DNA of 64,000 nucleotides. It comes from Staphylococcus phage LY01. The DNA is taken from sequence record OR836606.1. One strand, 5' to 3'. The notes under the pieces were generated by a model that worked only from the letters and a program-made list of their open reading frames with translations, made no database searches and had not been told where the DNA came from. The position numbers were made by a program, and so were the translations under genes. Position 1 is the first letter of the stretch. The number at the start of each line of letters is the position of its first letter. This document shows positions 40,964 through 50,798 of the stretch, one piece after another.

Positions 40964-41764
40964 TTATTTAAAATTATTTTTCACTAAATATTCTCTAACA
41001 AATTTTTCATCGGTAATTTCTTCAAATATATCATCTAAATCATCTTCAAAAATATTTATTTTATAACTATGATGATTATTATTAATAACATCATAATCAT
41101 AAACATTTAGCATATCTAAAAAAGAGGCTTTAGAAAAGAAAAATTCAATATTAAAATGATGTCTTAATGATTTTAATAAAATAAGATAATTATTAAAGAT
41201 ATCTTTAATTAAATTCTTAAAATCATCATGGTGCTTTATATTTTGATCTTGAATTTCATTTAATAATTTTTCAAGATTGTCAACTAATATCATTCGTTTT
41301 ATTTCTATTTCATCTTCTTCGTTTAAAATATCTTTTATAATACTATTAAATAAAATTTTATCAATTTTATTTTTTATAGGTTTGATTGTAAATAGTATTT
41401 TATCATTAACACTATTTTTATCTATACTAAAAATAGATTTAGTAGAATCTCTTTTAAATTTAAAATCTGCAATAGTTATAAGTGTTTCAAATGAATTTTT
41501 ATTATTAACATTGTAAAGAACAGGAGGTAGACATCTTGGTAAAAATTTTAAATTGCCTTTAATTGCATTATCTTCTTTTTTATAATGAACATCTATTGCA
41601 AGAGTTTCATATGAATCTTCTTCAGTCTGATTAATTATTTTTTCAGCTATTATTAAAGGTAAATAGTCATATAAAAATGAACCTCTATTATTCTTATCAA
41701 CTTCAAATAATTCATCATTTATTTTACATAAGAAATATTTTTTATCACTTTTCATTGCACCCAT
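40964..41764 (-). CDS. NNFK-tail paralog family member
   Basis: N-terminus MGAMKSDKKYFLCKINDELFEV; C-terminus HFNIEFF...IFEEITDEKFVREYLVKNNFK. Confidence 0.6.
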   Translation of the reverse strand: MGAMKSDKKYFLCKINDELFEVDKNNRGSFLYDYLPLIIAEKIINQTEEDSYETLAIDVHYKKEDNAIKGNLKFLPRCLPPVLYNVNNKNSFETLITIADFKFKRDSTKSIFSIDKNSVNDKILFTIKPIKNKIDKILFNSIIKDILNEEDEIEIKRMILVDNLEKLLNEIQDQNIKHHDDFKNLIKDIFNNYLILLKSLRHHFNIEFFFSKASFLDMLNVYDYDVINNNHHSYKINIFEDDLDDIFEEITDEKFVREYLVKNNFK

Positions 41765-41778
41765 TATATTGATCTCCT

Positions 41779-42558
41779 TTATTTAAAATTATTTTTCACT
41801 AAATATTCTTTAATAACTTTCTCATCTGTAATTTCTTCAAATACTCCAGATATTTTATATTCATCAAACAAATTATAATATTCATCATCTATATCATCAT
41901 TATTTCTTTTATCATTCTCTGGTATGTGCGAGAAACAACTATCTGATACAAAGAATTCTATATCAAAATGTGATCGGATTTGTGATAAAATTTCTAATAT
42001 ATAACTATTTACTTCGGTTAATATTTGGTATAAATCTTTATTATTTTTAAAATTAGTTTCTTTACTATTATTATAATCTGATATTAGATTTTCAGGACTT
42101 TCTATAGGTAAATTAAAAGGTATTTTTAAGATATTATCATTATCTAATATATTACCAATGACATTATTGAAAAATATTGAAGTTACATCTGGATTATATA
42201 TGGGTTCAATTCTAATTTTCAAACAATTTTTATTTTCTATTTTTTCATTGAATATAATATCAAAATCAATATTAAGTATATTTATTCCTTCTTTATTACC
42301 AACCTTATATTCTAAAAATGGAAAAATATTGCCAACTGATATAATTCCTGACCATAAATTATTTCCATTACTATCTTCACCCACAATCTCTTCAGAAAAT
42401 ATATCTATTTCTTCACTTTTTATTTGTAAATTAGGAAGTAAATAAGGTAGATATAAATGATCTTCATTTATACCATATCTAGATAAGTTATTAACTATAA
42501 ATAACTCATCTGTCATTTTACTTAAAAAATATGTTTTATCACTTTTATTTATACTCAT
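41779..42558 (-). CDS. NNFK-tail paralog family member
   Basis: MSINKSDKTYFLSKMTDELFIV ... HFDIEFF ... VFEEITDEKVIKEYLVKNNFK. Confidence 0.6.
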   Translation of the reverse strand: MSINKSDKTYFLSKMTDELFIVNNLSRYGINEDHLYLPYLLPNLQIKSEEIDIFSEEIVGEDSNGNNLWSGIISVGNIFPFLEYKVGNKEGINILNIDFDIIFNEKIENKNCLKIRIEPIYNPDVTSIFFNNVIGNILDNDNILKIPFNLPIESPENLISDYNNSKETNFKNNKDLYQILTEVNSYILEILSQIRSHFDIEFFVSDSCFSHIPENDKRNNDDIDDEYYNLFDEYKISGVFEEITDEKVIKEYLVKNNFK

Positions 42559-42574
42559 TAAATTGATCCCTCTT

Positions 42575-43279
42575 TTATTTAAAATTATTTTTCACTAAGT
42601 ATTTTTTAATAACTTTTTCATCTTTAATTTCTTCAAATAATCCAGATTCATTAAGTAAAAATTTATAATCAAATATAGAAAATGATGTGTCTTCGTGTTT
42701 TTCCATTTTTGTATATATTCCTGTCATAAAATATGCTAACTCTGATTTCCTAACATTTAATTTTAAATTTCCATAACTCATTAAATCCATAATATAATTT
42801 AAAAGAGTTTTATTAAATTCTTTGACTAGTAATTCTAATCCTTCAAAATTTTCAATAGTGTGCCTTATAGTATCACTTAAGATTAAGTATTTTCCATCTT
42901 CTCTATTTTCTATTTCGTAAATAAAAGATTCTTCTGGAAAATCTTTTTTAAATATTCCTCCATCTAGAATAGAATTAAATTCTAAATTAAAATCTGTTTT
43001 GCAAATTTTTAAATTTCTTACATAATCATTACTTATTATATTAGAATTTTGTTTGATTTTAACTACTTTATCATTAAAAAGAGAATAGGTTAAAGAAAGT
43101 TCAGATCGGTAATTAAGATATCCAGGGTCTTTATTCAAATTCTCATTTTTATTAATATATTTCATACACATTTTAGTAAATATTTCAGTCAATTTATCTA
43201 TACGAAAGTCAGTTCTATCTATATCGAAGTGAAGTATTTCTCCATCTAATTTATATCTATAGTAATTATTATATTCCAT
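42575..43279 (-). CDS. NNFK-tail paralog family member
   Basis: C-terminus LFEEIKDEKVIKKYLVKNNFK. Confidence 0.6.
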   Translation of the reverse strand: MEYNNYYRYKLDGEILHFDIDRTDFRIDKLTEIFTKMCMKYINKNENLNKDPGYLNYRSELSLTYSLFNDKVVKIKQNSNIISNDYVRNLKICKTDFNLEFNSILDGGIFKKDFPEESFIYEIENREDGKYLILSDTIRHTIENFEGLELLVKEFNKTLLNYIMDLMSYGNLKLNVRKSELAYFMTGIYTKMEKHEDTSFSIFDYKFLLNESGLFEEIKDEKVIKKYLVKNNFK

Positions 43280-43300
43280 TATGAAAATCCTTTCTTTATA

Positions 43301-44158
43301 TTATTTAAATCCTTTTCTAACTTTAAACGCTTTCATTTCTTTTTCTGTTTTAATTTCTTTAAATAAATTATTTTCATCACTTTCTATTAAATCTAATATA
43401 TTAACTAAACCATAATTTTCATTATAAAAATCAATATAAAATTCTATATCATCTTTATACATATATTTAATTTCATAAAGAGACATTAATATACTAAGAT
43501 TATTCTGGTATAATATGATAAAGAATAAATCCTTAAAATCTTCTATAAATTTAATAATAGGATTTTTATCAAATGCTGATATTGGAAAACTTAAATCCAT
43601 AAATGGTTCATTGCCATATTTGATCTCATATAAATTCTTTTCAAACAATTCAATATTATTTACAAGAGCTCTCATTTTTTCATTTATTCCTTCATTAACC
43701 AAATTATTTTCATTTACTAAATCATTAGTAATTACATTGAAATATTCTTTATATAATGAATTATCAAAATGAAAATCTAATTTAAATTCTCCACTTTCAA
43801 TAGTTTCAATTTTATTCATTCTAGCAATATTAAAATTAATATGAAAATTAGTATTAAATTTTTTAAGAGTATCATTTTTATTATGTGTATTTCTAAAATA
43901 AATATCGCTATCAATTTCTTTATAATGAAAAATCATATAATCTTCTTCTTTAGAAATATTATCTATGAAAGATTTAGCATATCCTTTGCTACTTAAAAGA
44001 TTATTAATATCCATAGTAGTTAATACGTATGCAATATATTCATATCGGTTAAGATAATTTCTATCAATTTCAATTAATTCATCTCTCTCTTTATCTATAA
44101 AATATTTCATATTAGGAAAATCCTTTCTTAACTTTAAATTTTTTAATTTCTTTCTCAT
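43301..44158 (-). CDS. NNFK-tail paralog family member (divergent)
   Basis: C-terminus LFKEIKTEKEMKAFKVRKGFK; N-terminus overlaps the previous member by 47 nt. Confidence 0.55.
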   Translation of the reverse strand: MRKKLKNLKLRKDFPNMKYFIDKERDELIEIDRNYLNRYEYIAYVLTTMDINNLLSSKGYAKSFIDNISKEEDYMIFHYKEIDSDIYFRNTHNKNDTLKKFNTNFHINFNIARMNKIETIESGEFKLDFHFDNSLYKEYFNVITNDLVNENNLVNEGINEKMRALVNNIELFEKNLYEIKYGNEPFMDLSFPISAFDKNPIIKFIEDFKDLFFIILYQNNLSILMSLYEIKYMYKDDIEFYIDFYNENYGLVNILDLIESDENNLFKEIKTEKEMKAFKVRKGFK

Positions 44159-44888
44159 CAGTTATTTCTCTAAAATATGCATCAACATCAAAATCATTTA
44201 AACTAATATACTTATCATATTCTTTTTCAAAACTAAAATCTTTTTCTTTTTCCCTTTCTTTACCACTAAAATTCCAATCTGTTGCAATAAGAAATTCAAT
44301 ATCTGAATGATCTTGTATCTGATCTAGCAATTCAAAAATTAATTTATTTGTAGTAGTAAACATCTTGTGTAAATCTTCCTTGAGTTCTAAAGGTCTTTTT
44401 CCCTTTTGTATATGACTTTTAAAATATTTTAAAAAGCGAATCATAACTTCTTCATTAAAGTCATGCGGTAAATCTAGTTCACCATTATCATCAAATATAC
44501 CAGATCTTTTACTAAATAATCTCTTCCCTATTTCACTATTATTATATAAAGGAATAGCTTTAAACTTAATATAATTATCGTCTTCTTCATTTAGACTAAA
44601 GCGTATTATAGCGTATATAAGAAGTTCCATTTTATTTTTCTTACCTTTATATTTGTATTTAACTTTGGGGAAAGCATTAAAATTTATTCTAAGACCAACT
44701 AAACCATTGTCATCATGTTCTTCATGAGATATAAGAAAACTCTCATTATAATTTATTTGCATTGTAGTGAATAGCTCACTTAAAACTTTCCACTTAAAGT
44801 CAAAATAGAGTGTTTCATTTTCATTGAAAGTTAATTCTATAAATTCATCTTTCGATTTACTAATGTAGTATTTGTTAATTTTCTCCAT
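44112..44888 (-). CDS. NNFK-tail paralog family member (divergent)
   Basis: HSDIEFL ... YFREITDEKEIKKFKVKKGFS. Confidence 0.55.
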   Translation of the reverse strand: MEKINKYYISKSKDEFIELTFNENETLYFDFKWKVLSELFTTMQINYNESFLISHEEHDDNGLVGLRINFNAFPKVKYKYKGKKNKMELLIYAIIRFSLNEEDDNYIKFKAIPLYNNSEIGKRLFSKRSGIFDDNGELDLPHDFNEEVMIRFLKYFKSHIQKGKRPLELKEDLHKMFTTTNKLIFELLDQIQDHSDIEFLIATDWNFSGKEREKEKDFSFEKEYDKYISLNDFDVDAYFREITDEKEIKKFKVKKGFS

Positions 44889-44992
44889 TTACTTAACTCC
44901 TTTTATTATAATAATCCCAATACTAATTTAATAGTATTGGGATAACATTTTTATAATATATATTTATTCTAATTTTCAGAATTAGGCGATAC

Positions 44993-45370
44993 TTAACTAT
45001 TTTCCATTTCTTCACGTTGTCTTTTTAATCTATCAAGAACTTCTTTTTCTTCTACATTTTGATTTAATTCTGGTTCAATTAATAATTCTTTTTCTTTCAT
45101 ATCTTCTAATATATTTAATCCTTTTCCAAACTCTGGAGATTCATTAGGAGGATTAAATCTATTGTGTTTATTATCATAGAAATTTAATTTAACTAGATCT
45201 GAATTAGGTTCAATAACTACCTCAGCTTCTATGAATAAAATATCATAAGGGTCAGTGACACGTTTTCTATATAGCAAAGCTTTAGTATAAGAATCTTTTT
45301 TAAATCCATAATCTCTTAATTCTTGTTTAATATTTTCTTTACTTAAGTTTAATTTGTATTCTGATAACAT
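44993..45370 (-). CDS. hypothetical protein
   Basis: 125 aa ORF interleaved in the paralog array. Confidence 0.4.
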   Translation of the reverse strand: MLSEYKLNLSKENIKQELRDYGFKKDSYTKALLYRKRVTDPYDILFIEAEVVIEPNSDLVKLNFYDNKHNRFNPPNESPEFGKGLNILEDMKEKELLIEPELNQNVEEKEVLDRLKRQREEMENS

Positions 45371-45519
45371 TACTTATTGCACTCCTTTTCATTGTATTCA
45401 TGAACTTCATTAAGATGTCTATGGTCATGATAAATAAACATGCAATCTTCTAATTTAGGTTCATATCTCTTTTTAGTTAATAATTCATATAATCTTTTTA
45501 ACATGATAAACCTCCTTCC

Positions 45520-45861
45520 TTAAAATGATACGTGTAGAAATATATAAAAATCATTCTTAACTCTATCAATTTTATATATTTCTGACATAAGAGCATGATA
45601 ATAAGATAAATCATAATAAAAGTTATCTTCTTTTAAGTCATCAATCATTAGATCTCTTAAAGTTTCATTATCTATAACAATAATATCATCATGCGGAACT
45701 TTTGATTTAAACTTTAATGTTTTATAAAGTTCTTTAGGTGTATTAAAATATAATTCAAATAAATGGTTATCTTCTTTTTTATATCGTTCTTGATCAAGAT
45801 ACCATTGTAAATCTCTTTGTTTACTTTTATTAATTCCGTATATACTTAAACTAAATTCCAT
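45520..45861 (-). CDS. hypothetical protein
   Basis: 113 aa ORF. Confidence 0.4.
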   Translation of the reverse strand: MEFSLSIYGINKSKQRDLQWYLDQERYKKEDNHLFELYFNTPKELYKTLKFKSKVPHDDIIVIDNETLRDLMIDDLKEDNFYYDLSYYHALMSEIYKIDRVKNDFYIFLHVSF

Positions 45862-45915
45862 ATTCTCTCCTCCGATATAATATAGCTCCGTAATACATTA
45901 TAGAGATAAAATTAA

Positions 45916-46695
45916 TTAAAATTCAGCTTTTTGATATAAGTTTCCGAATTCATCTTTAACTATATCATCTCTGCCCTCAACTTCTTCAAATACTAAATCT
46001 CTGGTCATGGTAAATAATTCTGGGTATTCTTCTTGAAGTTCATCTTCTTCAATAATATTCATATCCATATCAGCAACTACTAATTCATATTCTTCAGGAG
46101 AATCCCCTAAAACAAAGAATTGTAGTGAACCTTTATAGACTTTTAATATAGAAGATAAATCTTGTTGATCTAATTCATTAATTTCTTGACTCAATTCTTC
46201 TTTTCGATCCAATTCTTTATTAATAGATTTTTCTTCTTCATCCAATTGTAATAATTTTGCGTCTAATTCTTCTCTAAAATCATTGTCTTCATCATTTACT
46301 TCTTCAGGTTCCATCATACTGTCTAGAATGTCTTTATTAGACATTGTATTAAGTTGATTAAGTACATTCTTAGCAAGCTCTTTATAATTATCTTCTGATT
46401 CATCATCAATAGACATTTTCTGAGCTTTCATAGTTAAGTCTATAATATCTTTCTTAACATTTTTCATTTGCATAATAGTATCTTTAATTTCTTTCTCTAC
46501 ACTAATAATGTTAGCTTCCATATTAGATACAAATGTATGTTTAGGATATTTCAGATTCTTAGTTAGATCCATTATACGATGTTCTAATTGAACTTCTTTC
46601 TTTTCCATTTTATCCTTAAATTTTACTAGCATTTTATATTCTTCCATCATATCATTAATTTGTGATATCAAATCAATTTCAACATTATCGGACAT
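45916..46695 (-). CDS. hypothetical acidic coiled-coil protein
   Basis: 259 aa ORF. Confidence 0.4.
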   Translation of the reverse strand: MSDNVEIDLISQINDMMEEYKMLVKFKDKMEKKEVQLEHRIMDLTKNLKYPKHTFVSNMEANIISVEKEIKDTIMQMKNVKKDIIDLTMKAQKMSIDDESEDNYKELAKNVLNQLNTMSNKDILDSMMEPEEVNDEDNDFREELDAKLLQLDEEEKSINKELDRKEELSQEINELDQQDLSSILKVYKGSLQFFVLGDSPEEYELVVADMDMNIIEEDELQEEYPELFTMTRDLVFEEVEGRDDIVKDEFGNLYQKAEF

Positions 46696-46751
46696 TTATT
46701 TTTTCAACTCACTTCCATCATATTAATTAATATAAAAGAAAGTTAATTAAA

Positions 46752-47390
46752 TTATTTAAAATTTTCTTTAACCGCTAACTTTTTTATTTCTTTTTCATCT
46801 TCTACCTTTTCTAAAATCTCATAAAGTTCATTAAAAGTATATTCATTTAAAATTAAATCTTTTCTAAATTCTTGACTGGTTATGAAATCGACATTATCTT
46901 TTTTTGAATTAACTGTGTATACTAATAAACTTATATCTTTTTCGTTATTAAAAAGATTAACTATATTTGAAATTAATTCGTATTCTATATTATTTATATT
47001 TTCAATTTGAATATAAGTTACATATGAAAATACATTACCGCTAATTAAAGTTTTAAAAGGTCCTATATTTTTACATTCTTTATCAATATTACGTAATAAT
47101 GAAAATACAAAATATAATTCAAAACAACCATTACCTTTATCAGTTATATCTATATAAAAACCTCTAGTTCTATAATAGGTATTTTTGTCCTTTATCAAAA
47201 TACCATCATTTCTTAACGAAAATGAGCCATTTTCATCTATCTTATTTTTAATATTGTTAGAATTAAATAACTCTTTAAATAATTCAATATTTAATTCTTC
47301 TTTACTAGTATCTTTTTTAACGGAAACTATGTCACCTCTATCATCAATCTTATAAAAATCATGATTTTTGATATATTGATTTATACTCAT
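46752..47390 (-). CDS. NNFK-tail paralog family member
   Basis: C-terminus LYEILEKVEDEKEIKKLAVKENFK. Confidence 0.55.
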   Translation of the reverse strand: MSINQYIKNHDFYKIDDRGDIVSVKKDTSKEELNIELFKELFNSNNIKNKIDENGSFSLRNDGILIKDKNTYYRTRGFYIDITDKGNGCFELYFVFSLLRNIDKECKNIGPFKTLISGNVFSYVTYIQIENINNIEYELISNIVNLFNNEKDISLLVYTVNSKKDNVDFITSQEFRKDLILNEYTFNELYEILEKVEDEKEIKKLAVKENFK

Positions 47391-47406
47391 TAAGTTATTC
47401 TCCTTT

Positions 47407-48015
47407 TTATTTAAAGTTTTCTTTAGTTAGATATTTTTTAATTTCTTTTTCGTCTTCTAACTCTCTAAAATATGCATGAGGTTCAAATATATCAATACCA
47501 TTTATAAAGATTTTAATATTTCCATTATTTTCTTCTTTAAGCATTTCATCTAGCAAATTAGATAATTTATCTAAATCATTTTCATGTTCATCATAACCTA
47601 TAATATTTTCTTTATGAAAATTTTTCATCATGATTATACTGACACCGAGTGAATTCTTATCAACTTCTAAAAGTTCTTTATCCGCATGTCTACTAATAAA
47701 AGCCCTTAATTGCAAAGTTACTTTATTATCTTTAATTTTTGCATATGAGAATTCTAAGAATTCTACTGGAAGATTCTTTCTAACTTCATTATACATATTG
47801 CTGAAATATATATTTTCACTATCAATTAATTCAAAGAGTAAACTTAGATTATAATAAAGGTCATCATTTAAACTATAGTAATCTAAATTTCTTTCTATTA
47901 ATTTTTTATAATAGAGTTTATTTATCTTATCTTTAATATCACTTTCATCTTTACTAATTATAAAAAGCTCATTAATATCTTTATTATAATAGAATTTATT
48001 TTCTTTTAAAATCAT
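47407..48015 (-). CDS. NNFK-tail paralog family member
   Basis: C-terminus YFRELEDEKEIKKYLTKENFK. Confidence 0.55.
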   Translation of the reverse strand: MILKENKFYYNKDINELFIISKDESDIKDKINKLYYKKLIERNLDYYSLNDDLYYNLSLLFELIDSENIYFSNMYNEVRKNLPVEFLEFSYAKIKDNKVTLQLRAFISRHADKELLEVDKNSLGVSIIMMKNFHKENIIGYDEHENDLDKLSNLLDEMLKEENNGNIKIFINGIDIFEPHAYFRELEDEKEIKKYLTKENFK

Positions 48016-48120
48016 ATCTTTTCCACTCCCTTAATTAGATTAATATAGAGATAATGAATTAATATAATTCATTATCTCATTTTTATAATATATATTTACA
48101 TACATTTTTCATCTAAATAA

Positions 48121-48165
48121 AAGAGATAACGGACAATTATAGTCCGTTATCTCATCTTTTTAAAT
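48121..48165 (-). terminator. rho-independent terminator of the beta-prime N gene
   Basis: On the minus strand: gagataacggactataattgtccgttatctc hairpin followed by a T-run, directly after the TAA stop. Confidence 0.55.
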
Positions 48166-48198
48166 TTATTCTTTAGTTAAAGAGTATAAAGCTTGTAC
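48166..48198 (-). CDS. rpoC: RNAP beta-prime N gene, last exon (VQALYSLTKE*)
   Basis: Joined to the previous exon it gives ...NESNMLVQALYSLTKE, aligning to E. coli ...PSQDVVLGLYYMTRD. Confidence 0.5.
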   Translation of the reverse strand, partial: VQALYSLTKE

Positions 48199-48327
48199 CA
48201 TATTATTTATGATAATTAGACTATATCTTCTTAGTAATATATTTAGTCGTTGAACAACTTATATTAAGTTGATGCTGATTAATCTAATAAGATACTTCCA
48301 GCAATTAATATTATTTATTGAGAGCAT
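48199..48327 (-). mobile_element. mini group I intron (minus orientation)
   Basis: Family core elements; 3' end ...ATAAATAATATG. Confidence 0.55.
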
Positions 48328-48461
48328 ACAAGCATGTTACTCTCATTACCCAAATTACGTACTGAATTACCAGTGTAGTTTAGGTAGTTAGTTTTCTTAT
48401 TAAGAAGTTTATTAGCTTCTTTATTAGCCTCTACAGTCCAGAGAGATCTGATAGAAATCAT
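48328..48461 (-). CDS. rpoC: RNAP beta-prime N gene exon (DMISIRSLWTVEANKEANKLL...)
   Basis: D-MISIRSLWTVEANKEANKLLNKKTNYLNYTGNSV aligns to E. coli [36 protein letters not shown]. Confidence 0.6.
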
Positions 48462-48621
48462 ATCCATTTACGTTATCTATATTAAGATAATATAGATCAG
48501 ACTATATCTTTACTTTAATAAGCATATTATATTTAGTCGTTGAACACTATTTGTAGTGATGCTGATTAAGATAATAATCTTTCCCAGCAATTAATAATAT
48601 TTAAATACGGCAATATAAATT
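48462..48621 (-). mobile_element. mini group I intron (minus orientation)
   Basis: Family core; 5' end GGT|AATTTATATTGCC..., 3' end ...AACGTAAATG|GATATG. Confidence 0.6.
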
Positions 48622-48630
48622 ACCGTCAAA
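48622..48630 (-). CDS. rpoC: 9-nt micro-exon TTTGACGGT (Phe-Asp-Gly of the catalytic NADFDGD loop)
   Basis: The splice model gccgaT | intron | TTTGACGGT | intron | GATATGATTTCT reads ...LGADFDGDMISIRSL, reconstituting the universally conserved ADFDGD. No other junction choice gives the motif. Confidence 0.5.
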
Positions 48631-48811
48631 CGTTTATGTTATCTATAATAAATGATATCATAGACCAGACTATATCATCATCTCAATTGAGATATATTAT
48701 ATTTAGTCGTTGAACAACTTATATGAAGCTGATGCTGATTGCTCTAATAAGAGTTTTCAGCAATTAATAATATTTTCATTCTTAAATCACTTTAAGAAGC
48801 GACTTTTTCAA
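48631..48811 (-). mobile_element. mini group I intron (minus orientation)
   Basis: Family core. Its 5' leader GTCGCTTCTTAAAGTGATTTAAGAATGAAAATATTATTAATTGCT is shared with the copy at 49393-49550. Confidence 0.6.
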
Positions 48812-48825
48812 ATCGGCACCTAACG
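48812..48825 (-). CDS. rpoC: 14-nt micro-exon (..LGAD) of beta-prime N gene
   Basis: cgttaggtgccgat lies between the large intron and the next mini intron and supplies G-A-D of GADFDGD. Confidence 0.4.
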
Positions 48826-49200
48826 CTATTTAATTTATAATTAAATTTGGACTATATCATAAACCTAAATATTAGGTTCCCTCACACTTCGGGAATTCAT
48901 TTCCCTACTCTACTCACTTCGTTATAGTATTTCAACTATACTTATTCTCTATATAAGAGTTACATTTATTGTTTTCGATAGTCTCTGAACGTTTATCCAT
49001 CATGTGGATACTTCGCTGCTAGACTTTCCCATTATTAAATACCCTTAGCATTTTCAGCATAGGTCATCAAAGAGATTTTTTCTGTCTTTCGACTGCATGT
49101 CACGCTATCCATTACTGGCATACGTTGTAGCTCTCTAAGCATTAGGGTTTACAAGCAATTCATAAGGTATTTTTTATCCTATATTACTATAAGACTGGAG
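48826..49200 (-). mobile_element. larger group I intron (about 370 nt, no ORF), same R/S core with expanded peripheral domains
   Basis: The minus-strand reading contains GAATTGCTTGTAAAC (P), GTTCAGAGACTATCGAAAAC (R-like) and GATATAGTC (S). It is about 80% identical to the segment at 56265-56640. The 5' boundary is uncertain (about 49190-49215). Confidence 0.55.
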
Positions 49201-49392
49201 CGTAAGTTACTCCGGCATAACTGTTGTGTATAATAGCGGTATCTATAAATACATCTTCATCAACAGGATATTCATGAACAACTTTAGGATAATCTTTAAG
49301 TACAATATCGTCTAAAGTAATTTCAGGAATTGTATCAACTGTAGTCAATATTTTAATTTTGGCAGGTGCAACATTCAAGAAATTTTCGCAAA
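49201..49392 (-). CDS. rpoC: RNAP beta-prime N gene exon
   Basis: (C)ENFLNVAPAKIKILTTVD...NSYAG; follows region ...HVVYSRYPINTLV, which aligns to E. coli EHPVLLNRAPTLHRL. Confidence 0.45.
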
Positions 49393-49550
49393 CTATATTA
49401 AATTAATACAGATCAGACTATATCATTACCTACTTTTAGGTATATTATATTTAGTCGTTGAACAAGTTTAATTGACTTGATGCTAATTAACCTATTAAAG
49501 TCTTTTAGCAATTAATAATATTTTCATTCTTAAATCACTTTAAGAAGCGA
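49393..49550 (-). mobile_element. mini group I intron (minus orientation)
   Basis: Family core elements; 3' end ...TTTAATATAG. Confidence 0.6.
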
Positions 49551-50712
49551 CCAGTGTATTAATCGGATATCTTGAATAAACCACATGCTTATCTTCACAT
49601 ATTTCTGTAGCAGCTATATAAAGTAAATCAATTACAGTAAAAGTTCTACCTAAAGTATTTTCAAATAATTTAACTTTATGACGTTTACCTTGTCTATCAT
49701 TTACATATATAGGACTAAATCTTTCATTAGGATCCTTAATAAAGAATTCTAACATATTCTTAATAGCTTTATCATCAAACTGTTCATATACTTCTTCTAA
49801 TGATAATTCATTTTCATCAGTTCCAGTAGCGGTTTGGAAGGCATCTTTGTGGATTTCAATAAAATCGATAATGTATTTGCTAAAGAAAGGTAAGAATAAA
49901 GTAACTAATTGAGTTAATGGTACCCCTAACTGACCAAATTCAATTTGCATTTCATCCCATTTATTTGAATTAATCTTAGGTGAAGAAATAACTGAGCGAG
50001 TACTGTTATCTACCGTCTTACCTAAAATATTTCTTTGCATCATACCAGTTTTACCTGATAGTTCTCCTGAAGTTAATTTAACGTATATTTCAAATAATTT
50101 ATTTTGAATATTATATTTAGTCGTATTAGCTACAAAGTCAAATGAATTAAAACTAATTGAATCTACAGATCTTAAGATGCTTGCATACATATCATTTATT
50201 TCTTCAGTATCTTGAATTTCCCCTGAAGTTTCATTAGGATTAAAGTCACGATAGAAAGCAGGTATTACGAGCCATTTATCTGTGAATATTCTATCTTTAG
50301 GAGTATTTTTAAGCATATCAATTTTTTCATTTCGGATACGAGAATCATTTTTTCTAAATTTAAGATTTTCATAATTATCGTATAAGAAATTTAATCCAGT
50401 TTCACCATTTTCATCTGGAACTAATTGTCCTTTCTCAATTTTAAAGTAATCAGAACCTTGAATACATAGATCTATATTCTTATCTAATTCTCTCATAGCT
50501 TTATAAGCTACAGGATTCAAGTATTTGCCACCTAAATTAATCCAACCTATATTATTCTTTCTTTCATCAGTACCTATTAAACCAAATATTTCATATGAAA
50601 ATAAACCATCTTCTTTAGGTAAAGTTCCTGAATCAAAGAAAATAGGATTAGTAACTTCTTTAGCTCCATAAGCTGTAATAACTTGATCAACATTAACCAT
50701 ATCTATTTTCAT
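49551..50712 (-). CDS. rpoC: RNAP beta-prime subunit N-terminal exon
   Basis: LPKEDGLFSYEIFGL aligns to E. coli KPERDGLFCARIFGP. GWINLGGKYLNPVAY aligns to GHIELASPTAHIWF. WLVIPAFYRDF aligns to WMILTVLPVLPPDLRP. NILGKTVDNSTRSVISSPKI aligns to [21 protein letters not shown]. Confidence 0.75.
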
Positions 50713-50798
50713 TTAATACTTCACTTCCAATCTAATTTTATAAAAAAATAAATATATAAAAGCCATGTTAAGCTATAAACTTAACATGGCAATAATTA

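Noticed and set aside
48622-48630. Alternative reading in which the catalytic loop is TFDGN (loss of two aspartates)
   Set aside because: That reading arises only if the micro-exon is taken in isolation. With the splice junctions that match other family copies, the joined exons read ADFDGD. This needs cDNA confirmation.
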